A DNA stretch of 27,060 nt. It comes from an uncultured bacterium. GTDB taxonomy: Bacteria; Gemmatimonadota; Gemmatimonadetes; Gemmatimonadales; Gemmatimonadaceae. A model generated the notes under the pieces. That model saw only the letters and a list, made by a program, of their open reading frames with translations. It did not search any database and was not told the origin of the DNA. Position numbers and translations under genes: made by a program. Position 1 is the stretch's first letter; each line of letters opens with the position of its first letter. Positions 9,814 to 17,313 of the stretch are shown piece by piece. The stretch is from contig CAXBQP010000045.1 in the NCBI GenBank assembly GCA_963978095.1, forward strand, positions 1-27,060, written 5' to 3'.

Positions 9814-10553
9814 GGACTTGATACGGGCGAAGCGCCATCACCGGTAAGCGCGAGGAACACCGCTTCGAGCGACACCCCGTGCAGCGCAGGGTGGGCCTCC
9901 ACGATCTGGGGCAACGTCCCATAGGCCACGCATTGGCCGCCGCGAATCACCAGCAGTTTGGTGCAGAGCTCCTCCACCAGGGTGAGGAGATGCGAGCTCA
10001 GGATCACGGCTGCCCCAGCCGCCGCCCGTGCACCGATGGTCGCGCGCATGCGGCGCATGCCGCCGGGGTCCAGCCCCGTGAGCGGCTCGTCGAGCACGAG
10101 CACTTTCGGGTCGTGCAACAGACCACACGCGATCGCAAGCTTCTGGCGCATCCCGCGCGAAAGCTCGCCCGGGAGGGTGGTACGCTTCTCCGCGAGTTCG
10201 AGCTCGCCGAGCAGCGGCGCGATGCGCTGCTCCGCATCGTGAACGCCGTACAGCCGAGCGACAAAGCGCAGATGCTCCTCGACCGTCAGGTAGTCGAACA
10301 GGGCTGGTTCGTCGGGGATGAACGCGAGCCCGCGCTTGGCCTCCACCCCGTGGCGCTGGATATCGTGCCCACAGATCTCCACGCTTCCGCTCGAGGGCGC
10401 GATGATCCCGGACAGACAGCGGAGTGTCGTGGTCTTCCCCGCCCCGTTCGGACCGACCAGACCGAGGATCTCTCCCGGCTGTACCGCAAAGTCGATCCCG
10501 TTGACGGCGGTGAAGGTGCCGTAGTGCTTCCGCAGCTGTCGGACGGCGATCAT
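9810..10553 (-). CDS. ABC transporter ATP-binding protein (ABC-2/drug-export type)
   Basis: Walker A GPNGAGKTT, signature LSRGMRQK, Walker B VLVLDEP, H-loop LSSH. Confidence 0.96.
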   Translation of the reverse strand: MIAVRQLRKHYGTFTAVNGIDFAVQPGEILGLVGPNGAGKTTTLRCLSGIIAPSSGSVEICGHDIQRHGVEAKRGLAFIPDEPALFDYLTVEEHLRFVARLYGVHDAEQRIAPLLGELELAEKRTTLPGELSRGMRQKLAIACGLLHDPKVLVLDEPLTGLDPGGMRRMRATIGARAAAGAAVILSSHLLTLVEELCTKLLVIRGGQCVAYGTLPQIVEAHPALHGVSLEAVFLALTGDGASPVSSP

Positions 10554-10599
10554 TGGGCGGGACGAATTTCGCGCATGGGCTCGGACCGAGAGTCACCGG

Positions 10600-10628
10600 A
10601 AGTTACGAACCGGCGCGGGAGCCGCCAA
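10600..10628 (-). promoter_or_regulatory. Candidate sigma70-type promoter for the ABC operon (TTGGCG-N17-TAACTT)
   Basis: Minus strand TTGGCG (10628-10623), 17-nt spacer, TAACTT (10605-10600). Confidence 0.45.
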
Positions 10629-10801
10629 TCCCTGTGCGGTTCCGCCAGTTTGCACGCAAGCCCACGCCGCGGAATTCCGCTTGCGAGCGGGCTTGCCGCG
10701 CCCCAGCTTCAACCCGCCCGCACCCGTGCCACGACAACGACGGCTGGGGGCGCCGCGTCTAGACATGTGACCGCGCTGCCATTCACATCTTCCCTGGTGC
10801 C

Positions 10802-13267
10802 ATGACGAGCAGAAAGCAGGGTTCCCCGCGCGACGCCGCCGCGGAATCCCCACGTTTCCTCCCGCTGCTGATCCTCCTGTTCATCGGGAGCGGTTGCGCG
10901 GCCCTGATCTACGAAATCGTCTGGTATCAGGAGCTCTCCCTGATCGTCGGCTCATCGGCCATCTCGCTCGGCGCGGTCCTCGGCACTTTCATGGGGGGGA
11001 TGTGCCTCGGGAGTCTCCTGCTCCCGCGTTTCGTGAAGCCCGACGAGCACCCGCTCAAGGTCTACGCGAAACTCGAGGCCGGCATCGGGATCTCCGGCCT
11101 CCTGATTCTCTTCATCCTGCCCCACGCGGGGGGACTCTACACGTCCATCGGGGGCCCGGGCATCAGCGGGCTCCTGGTTCGTGGCCTCTTTTGCGCGCTC
11201 TTCCTGGCGGTCCCCACGATTCTCATGGGTGCCACGCTCCCCGCCGTGGCGCGCTGGGTGGAGACGACACCAACCGGGGTGAGTTGGCTCGGCTTCTTCT
11301 ACGGCGGAAACATCGCCGGCGCGGTCTTCGGCTGCCTGTTCACCGGCTTCTACCTGCTGCGCGTGTATGACGGAGCAACGGCGACGTACGTCGCCGCGGC
11401 GCTCAATGCATTGGTGGCGTTCGTCGGGTGGGCGATCGCAACCGCGAACCCGCGCCCCGCTCCAGCGTTCGATGCCGCGAGCGACGCGGCGGCGCCGCTG
11501 ATCCATCTCCCGGCGGGAAGCACTCCGGTCTACCTGGCGATTGCGCTCTCCGGCGCGACAGCGCTTGCCGCCGAAGTCATCTGGACGCGACTTCTCACCC
11601 TGCTGTTGGGTGGCACGACCTATACCTTCTCGATGATTCTCGCCGCGGTGCTCGTCGGATTGGGTATCGGCAGCAGCCTCGGCGCGGTGATCGCACGGTC
11701 CACCGCGCGACCGCGCATCATGCTCGCAGGCGTCCAGGCACTTGTCGTGTTGGCGATCGGATGGGCTGCGTACAGCGAGACACAGACGCTCATGTACTGG
11801 CCGATCAATCCACAGCTCGCGATCTCCCCGTGGTACCAGTTCCCCGTGGATTTCCTCCGGTGCCTCTGGGCGGTGCTGCCCGCCGCGATCCTGTGGGGCG
11901 CGAGCTTCCCCCTGGCCCTCGCCGGAGTCGCCGAGCGCGGCGACGATCCCGCGCGCCTGGTCGGAACCGTGTACGCCGCGAATACGGTCGGAGCGATTCT
12001 CGGAGCGCTCGTGGCCAGCTTGTGGATGATCGCCGCGATCGGCACGCAGCATTCGCAACAGGTGTTGATGGCGATGGCCGCGCTGTCCGCGCTGGTGCTC
12101 ATTGCCACGACGCGGAGCGCTGGGGAAACCGGCGTCTCGCTCGCACCACGCACGCTGGTGAGCGCGGCGGGGGTGGTCGCCCTCGCGATCTACGTGGGAC
12201 GGACGGTCATTCCGGTCCCCGCGTTGCTCGTGGGATATGGCCGCTACAGCGCAACGTATGTGAATGCCCACGGAGACTGGCTCTTCGTCGGCGAGGGGAT
12301 GAACTCCTCGATGGCGGTGTCGCAACTGTCGAACGGCGTCAAGAACTACCACAACGCCGGCAAGGTGCAGGCCTCGAGCGAACCGCAGGACATGCGCCTC
12401 CAACGCATGCTGGGACACCTCACGACGCTACTCAGCCCGAACCCGAAGAGCGTCATCAACATCGGCTGTGGCGCGGGGGTGACGGCTGGGGCGGTCAGCA
12501 TCAGCCCGCTGGTGCAAAAGCTCACGATCGCCGAGATCGAGCCGCTCGTCCCGAAGGTGGTGAGTGAACTGTTCGGCGAACACAACTACAACGTCGTTCG
12601 CAATCCGAAAACGCACGTCCAGATCGACGACGCGCGCCACTTCCTGCTCACCACGCATGAGAAGTTCGATGCCATCACGAGCGATCCGTTCGACCCATGG
12701 GTCAAGGGCGCGGCCTCGCTCTACTCGCGCGAGTTCTGGGAGGAGGCCAAGCGCCATCTGAATCCCGGCGGAATCGTCACCGTCTTCGTGCAGCTCTACG
12801 AGAGCGGCACGCCGGCGGTGAAGAGCGAGATGGCGACCTTCTTCGAGGCGTTCCCCGACGCGATGGTGTTCGGCAACACCTACAACGGGCAGGGCTACGA
12901 CATGGTGCTCGTCGGCCAGCTCTCGCCGACCCCGATCAATGTGGACTCGGTACAAGCCCGTCTCGACCGCCCCGAGTTCGCGATCGTGCGGCAGTCGCTC
13001 CGCGAGATCGGGATGAACTCGGCCGTCGACCTGCTCTCCACCTTCGCCGGTCGTGCGCAGGACATGCAGGGCTATCTCGCCGACGCTGAGGTGAACCGCG
13101 ACAAGAACCTCCGGCTCCAGTATCTGGCCGGTCTCGGCGTGAATGCGTACGAGCAGGCGTCGATCTACCGCGACGTGCTGCGCAACGGGAAGTGGACGCC
13201 AGGCTTGTTCGTGGGTGCGGACTCCACCATCACGAAGCTCCGGGCCGCGCGCGACGCCCGGCAGTAG
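10802..13267 (+). CDS. Fused MFS-like membrane domain / spermidine-synthase-like class I SAM-binding enzyme
   Basis: Two related hydrophobic halves (SGCAALIYEIVW / SGATALAAEVIWTR; YGGNIAGAVFG / YAANTVGAILG). Soluble C-terminal domain with VINIGCGAGVTAG, AEIEP, DDARHFL, FDAITSDPFDP, LYSREF and LNPGG. Confidence 0.9.
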   Translation: MTSRKQGSPRDAAAESPRFLPLLILLFIGSGCAALIYEIVWYQELSLIVGSSAISLGAVLGTFMGGMCLGSLLLPRFVKPDEHPLKVYAKLEAGIGISGLLILFILPHAGGLYTSIGGPGISGLLVRGLFCALFLAVPTILMGATLPAVARWVETTPTGVSWLGFFYGGNIAGAVFGCLFTGFYLLRVYDGATATYVAAALNALVAFVGWAIATANPRPAPAFDAASDAAAPLIHLPAGSTPVYLAIALSGATALAAEVIWTRLLTLLLGGTTYTFSMILAAVLVGLGIGSSLGAVIARSTARPRIMLAGVQALVVLAIGWAAYSETQTLMYWPINPQLAISPWYQFPVDFLRCLWAVLPAAILWGASFPLALAGVAERGDDPARLVGTVYAANTVGAILGALVASLWMIAAIGTQHSQQVLMAMAALSALVLIATTRSAGETGVSLAPRTLVSAAGVVALAIYVGRTVIPVPALLVGYGRYSATYVNAHGDWLFVGEGMNSSMAVSQLSNGVKNYHNAGKVQASSEPQDMRLQRMLGHLTTLLSPNPKSVINIGCGAGVTAGAVSISPLVQKLTIAEIEPLVPKVVSELFGEHNYNVVRNPKTHVQIDDARHFLLTTHEKFDAITSDPFDPWVKGAASLYSREFWEEAKRHLNPGGIVTVFVQLYESGTPAVKSEMATFFEAFPDAMVFGNTYNGQGYDMVLVGQLSPTPINVDSVQARLDRPEFAIVRQSLREIGMNSAVDLLSTFAGRAQDMQGYLADAEVNRDKNLRLQYLAGLGVNAYEQASIYRDVLRNGKWTPGLFVGADSTITKLRAARDARQ

Positions 13268-13297
13268 ACATTCCGGGAAGAGCTTGACGCCGGCGAC

Positions 13298-13335
13298 GGG
13301 GGACTTCACGTTCGTGGAGTCCCCCTTCGTCGTTT
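13298..13335 (+). terminator. Probable intrinsic terminator after the MFS/spermidine-synthase-like gene
   Basis: GGGGGACTTCAC-GTTC-GTGGAGTCCCCC (12-bp stem with one G-U) followed by TTCGTCGTTT, 30 nt after the stop. Confidence 0.7.
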
Positions 13336-13374
13336 GGTCACCCCTGTTTCCGCTTCGTACTCTCGGGAGGTCGC

Positions 13375-13935
13375 ATGACCGGAATGCACGCACTCTGGCT
13401 GCCGATGTTGCTGTCCGCGGTCGCCGTGTTCTTTGCAAGCGCGATCCTTCACATGTTGACGAGCTTCCACGCCAACGACTACCGCACCCCACCCCACCAA
13501 GACGCCATCGGCGACGCGCTGCGCGGATTCAACATCCCCCCGGGCGACTACGTGATGCCGCGTCCCGAGAGCGTGAAGGAGCTGGGATCGGCGGAGTTCA
13601 AAGCCAAGTCCGAACGCGGCCCGCGACTCGTCTTCACAGTCCTGCCCAACGGCGTTACCCCGATGGGAGCGCTCCTCGCGCAATGGTTCGCGTACGCGTT
13701 CGTGATCTCGTTGTTCGCCGGCTATGTGACGAGCCGCGCCGTGCCGACCGGCGCAGACTATCTCCGGGTCTTTCGGTTCGCCGGCGTGACCGCGTTCCTT
13801 GGCTACGCGGGAGCGCTCGCCCAAGCGTCGATCTGGTACAACAAATCCTGGGCGACCACGCTGCGGGGCGTGATCGATGGCCTGCTCTACGCCGGCCTCA
13901 CCGCGGGGATGTACGGCTGGCTCTGGCCACGCTGA
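13375..13935 (+). CDS. Hypothetical integral membrane protein, about 4 TM segments
   Basis: GGGAGG before the ATG. N-terminal hydrophobic segment, a soluble loop with PPGDYVMP, then three hydrophobic segments ending GWLWPR. Coding-like GC3 bias. Confidence 0.8.
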   Translation: MTGMHALWLPMLLSAVAVFFASAILHMLTSFHANDYRTPPHQDAIGDALRGFNIPPGDYVMPRPESVKELGSAEFKAKSERGPRLVFTVLPNGVTPMGALLAQWFAYAFVISLFAGYVTSRAVPTGADYLRVFRFAGVTAFLGYAGALAQASIWYNKSWATTLRGVIDGLLYAGLTAGMYGWLWPR

Positions 13936-13959
13936 CCTGTTCGACCATCGCCGAATGAA

Positions 13960-13992
13960 TGCGGCCCCCACCGGATGCCGGTGGGGGCCGCA
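13960..13992. terminator. Strong hairpin between convergent genes, probable bidirectional terminator
   Basis: Perfect 15-bp inverted repeat TGCGGCCCCCACCGG-ATG-CCGGTGGGGGCCGCA between the stops at 13935 (+) and 14015 (-). Confidence 0.75.
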
Positions 13993-14014
13993 CTCGTACA
14001 GGCGTCATCCGGTG

Positions 14015-16567
14015 TCATTTCTTCGGATCAAGAATCTCCCGGACCCGGTCCACGATGTCTGCCCAGTGGGCGCGTTCCACGGCGCCCTTGGCGGTGGTCG
14101 CCGCGGCGCTCGCCTCGCGCTGCAGCTCGCGCAGCTGCAGACGGGCCAGGGCCGGCACGTCGCTACGCTCCACGTTCTGCGCCGTCACGAACGGGAACAC
14201 GCGCGGAGGTTGCTGGGCCGCTGCGCCCCCCGCTCCCGGCCCACCGGCCGGAACGGCCGGCGGATTGACCAACGCGCCGAGGCGCTGCACATACACCCGC
14301 TGCAACTGCCGACGGTTCACATCGGGAGCCGGCCCCGTTGCCATGTTCCCCCACATCTCCCGCTTGATATCGGCCATGAACTCCGCCAGCGGATACGCAT
14401 TGGCCGCGTCGTATTTCTCCGATTCGCCGAGGCGCGCGAGACGCGCAGCGCTCAACAGCGACGTCACCACCGCCGCCTGCCGTGTCGCCAACGTGTTGGA
14501 CGGACCGATACGCGAGGTGATGTCCTTGGGCTGCAACCATTCCGGCGTCGCGAACACCGTCTGGCTCAGGAAGGTCAACGCCGCCTTCTGCTTGGCCTTC
14601 GGCACGACCGTATACACCGCACCCGACATCTCGGCGGTCTTGAGGTCGACATTCACGCCACCGATCACCGTCGTGACGTGCCCCATCATCCCGAAGAAGC
14701 GGCCGAGCGACTCGGTGTAGAGCTCCTCGAGATCCCCGTAGTCCTCGCCAGCGGTCGCCGTCCACTTGGGGAGCTGCGGGATCATGCGCTTGTAGTTCGC
14801 CACGGCGTAGGTCGTCGCTTTCACCGGATCGTCGCCGAGGTCCTCAGTCTGATTCCGCGGATCGGCGCTGCCGAGTCCCTGCGACACGTAGCGGTAGGGG
14901 AACGGCCCCGTCTGACTCGTGAGCCAGCGGTTCAGCGTCGGCTTCTCCGCATCGGCCGTGCGGGCGTCCGGAATCACGCGGTAGCCCCAGTTGATCGCGA
15001 AGTCGTCGAAGGGTCCGAGGCGGCGAATGAAATCCACCGGCTTGAGCCCGTCGCCCGGTTGTGCCACATAGTTCTGGCGCGCGTAATCCATGATCGTGGC
15101 GCTCACGCCGTACTTGCTCGTGAAGCTCGGGCTGCGAAGCGAATCGACGGGGAAGGAGCTCGACGCCATCATGTTGTGCTGCAGCCCGAGCGCATGGCCG
15201 ATCTCATGCGTGATCACTTGACGCATCGTCTCCCCCATCAGTTCCTCAGGGATATCGAGGGTGCGCGCCGACGGGTTCGCCGCTCCCGTCTCCATCATCA
15301 GCCAGTTGCGGTACGACCGCATGTGGTTGTGATACCAGGTGATCTCGGAGTTGATGATCTCGCCGGAGCGCGGGTCGTGCGTATGCGGACCGGTGGCGTT
15401 GCGCACGAGACTCGCCGCCCAGCGCACCATGGAGACGCGCGCGTCGTCCGGATCCCAATCGGGATCCTGCGCCTTGGTCGGAGCCTCCTTCGCGAGGATC
15501 GCATTCTTGAAGCCGGCTTTCTCGAACACCTTTTGCCAATTCTCGACTCCTTCCTTCACGTAGCGCTTCCAGCGTGTCGGCGTGGCCGGGTCGATGTAAT
15601 AGACGATCGGCTTGATCGGCTCCACGAGTTCGCCGCGGGCATACGCGGCGGGATCCTTGGGCTCGAGACGCCACCGGGTGATGAATTCCTGCTCTCCCGC
15701 CTTCTGCACGTCGAGGCCGTAGTTCACGCGACGCACGGTGAAGAATCCCACGCGCTCGTCGAAGTTGCGAGGCTTCATCGGCTGTTTGGGGAGCAACACC
15801 ATCGACTGCCGCATCTCGAGCGAAAGCGTGCTCGACCCGCGGTCGCCCGGCGGATCGGAGGCATCGAAGGTCTGCGTATGCCGCACCTCGACGTTGATTG
15901 GGAAGCTGCGCACGCTCGTCACATAGCTGCGCGCCGCATCGAAACGGCGCACGCCATACGTCCGACGCTCGGCGGCACTCACCCCCGAGAGCGCCGGCGT
16001 GTCACCGCCGAAGAAGTCCGTCACGTCGATCACGTACGCGTTGCTGTCCTTGGCGAACGCCTGGATCGGGAAACTCGCGAGGATCGGCGCATAGTTGTTC
16101 TGCGCCACACTGCGGGCGATCGGGAGCGAGTCGTCGGCCACGGCGGCCGTACTGATGCTCTTGAGCATGACGCGATCGGTCACTCGTTCCCACCGCACCA
16201 TGCGCTCGCTGAGCGAGCTCCCCGCCGACTGAAAGCCGCCCGCGCCGGCGGGAACGCCAGCAATGCGACTCACCAGCAGGAAGTCGCGCCCCATCAGCGA
16301 ATCCGGGACCTCGAACAGATAGCGATCGTCCACCTTGTGCACAGTGATGCCCCCACGCTCGGTATGCGCGCGCGACGGCACCACCGTTGCGTACAGCCGC
16401 GGTCCGGTGCGGGCTGCCCCTCCGCGCCCGCCTGCAGCGGCGTCGGCAGCCGCCGACGCGCCTTGGGCCGGTGGGGCGGCAGGGGGCGCTACTGGTGGCT
16501 GCTGCGCCGCAACGGGCGCGGCCAAGAGGGCCGAAGCGAGGAAGCTGGCAAGCGGGCGCGCGTACAT
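14015..16567 (-). CDS. Exported zinc-dependent metalloprotease (metzincin; DUF5118/DUF5117/DUF4953-type architecture)
   Basis: Signal peptide ending APVAA|QQ. Zinc motif HEIGHALGLQHN and Met-turn ATIMDY. Family motifs DERVGFF, RWRLEPKD, KPIVYYID, WQKVFEKAGFKNAI, DPRSGEII. GGGAG RBS. Confidence 0.93.
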   Translation of the reverse strand: MYARPLASFLASALLAAPVAAQQPPVAPPAAPPAQGASAAADAAAGGRGGAARTGPRLYATVVPSRAHTERGGITVHKVDDRYLFEVPDSLMGRDFLLVSRIAGVPAGAGGFQSAGSSLSERMVRWERVTDRVMLKSISTAAVADDSLPIARSVAQNNYAPILASFPIQAFAKDSNAYVIDVTDFFGGDTPALSGVSAAERRTYGVRRFDAARSYVTSVRSFPINVEVRHTQTFDASDPPGDRGSSTLSLEMRQSMVLLPKQPMKPRNFDERVGFFTVRRVNYGLDVQKAGEQEFITRWRLEPKDPAAYARGELVEPIKPIVYYIDPATPTRWKRYVKEGVENWQKVFEKAGFKNAILAKEAPTKAQDPDWDPDDARVSMVRWAASLVRNATGPHTHDPRSGEIINSEITWYHNHMRSYRNWLMMETGAANPSARTLDIPEELMGETMRQVITHEIGHALGLQHNMMASSSFPVDSLRSPSFTSKYGVSATIMDYARQNYVAQPGDGLKPVDFIRRLGPFDDFAINWGYRVIPDARTADAEKPTLNRWLTSQTGPFPYRYVSQGLGSADPRNQTEDLGDDPVKATTYAVANYKRMIPQLPKWTATAGEDYGDLEELYTESLGRFFGMMGHVTTVIGGVNVDLKTAEMSGAVYTVVPKAKQKAALTFLSQTVFATPEWLQPKDITSRIGPSNTLATRQAAVVTSLLSAARLARLGESEKYDAANAYPLAEFMADIKREMWGNMATGPAPDVNRRQLQRVYVQRLGALVNPPAVPAGGPGAGGAAAQQPPRVFPFVTAQNVERSDVPALARLQLRELQREASAAATTAKGAVERAHWADIVDRVREILDPKK

Positions 16568-16595
16568 CGAGAACTCCCGGTGAGGTAATGGGCGG

Positions 16596-16624
16596 AAGCT
16601 ACGGGCCGCCGAGACCCCTCACAA
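16596..16624 (-). promoter_or_regulatory. Candidate sigma70-type promoter for the metalloprotease (TTGTGA-N17-TAGCTT)
   Basis: Minus strand TTGTGA (16624-16619), 17-nt spacer, TAGCTT (16601-16596), 28 nt upstream of the ATG. Confidence 0.5.
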
Positions 16625-16695
16625 GACGCCACACGTGCCGCGTGTACGCGTGCCAGTGTCGGCGCGCATTCACGGCGGAGCCGCGAGGCGTGCGA

Positions 16696-17217
16696 TCAGG
16701 GCTGCGGGGCGCGGTAGATCGTGACCACCGTGTCGTCCCAGCCCTGCGTCTGCTTCCCCTTGGGAATGACGTGGGTCCGTGCGTGCTCCGCGACCAGAAT
16801 GCGCGCAAATGGCGTGACGAGCCATCCCTCGATCACCCGATCGAGCATCTTGGACTCATAGGGCGGGTCCACGAAGGCGATGTCGTACGAATTCGCGGGC
16901 AGGTTCCGGGCGAAGGGCAACGCGTCGCGCTTGAACACGCGGGTCCGGTCGCTGAGGCGCAACAATCCGATGTTGGCCTTCAGCGCGTGCAGCGACGAGG
17001 GGCGCGTCTCCACGAAGTCGGCTGTTTTGGCACCGCGGCTGATGGCTTCGAGCCCAAGGGCGCCGGTGCCGGCGAACAGATCGAGCACCCGTGCGTCCTG
17101 GAACTCTCCGACCAGCGCCATGATTCCGGCACGGACATGCTCGGCGGTGGGCCGCACCCGAAAGTCCTTGGGTGAACTCAGGTCGCGCCCCGCGTATTTC
17201 CCTCCGACGATCCTCAG
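16696..17217 (-). CDS. rsmD: 16S rRNA m2G966 methyltransferase RsmD family; start uncertain (CTG 17217 or GTG 17247)
   Basis: LRIVGGKYAGR, VRPT, VLDLFAGTGALGLEAISRGA and YDIAFVDPPY are the RsmD/YhhF motifs. Confidence 0.9.
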   Translation of the reverse strand: MRIVGGKYAGRDLSSPKDFRVRPTAEHVRAGIMALVGEFQDARVLDLFAGTGALGLEAISRGAKTADFVETRPSSLHALKANIGLLRLSDRTRVFKRDALPFARNLPANSYDIAFVDPPYESKMLDRVIEGWLVTPFARILVAEHARTHVIPKGKQTQGWDDTVVTIYRAPQP

Positions 17218-17248
17218 GAGAGTGTCCTCAGTGCTGACAGGAAGCACG

Positions 17249-17278
17249 AAGCGGATGCCGCATCCGCGACATCCGCTT
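17249..17278 (-). terminator. Stem-loop downstream of nrdJ; terminator-like or mRNA-stabilising
   Basis: Minus strand AAGCGGATGTCGC-GGAT-GCGGCATCCGCTT (13 bp including one U-G). The following U-tract is weak (CGTGCTT). Confidence 0.55.
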
Positions 17279-17313
17279 TGTGCCGAACGTTCCGGTCACT
17301 CAACCCGGTCTGC

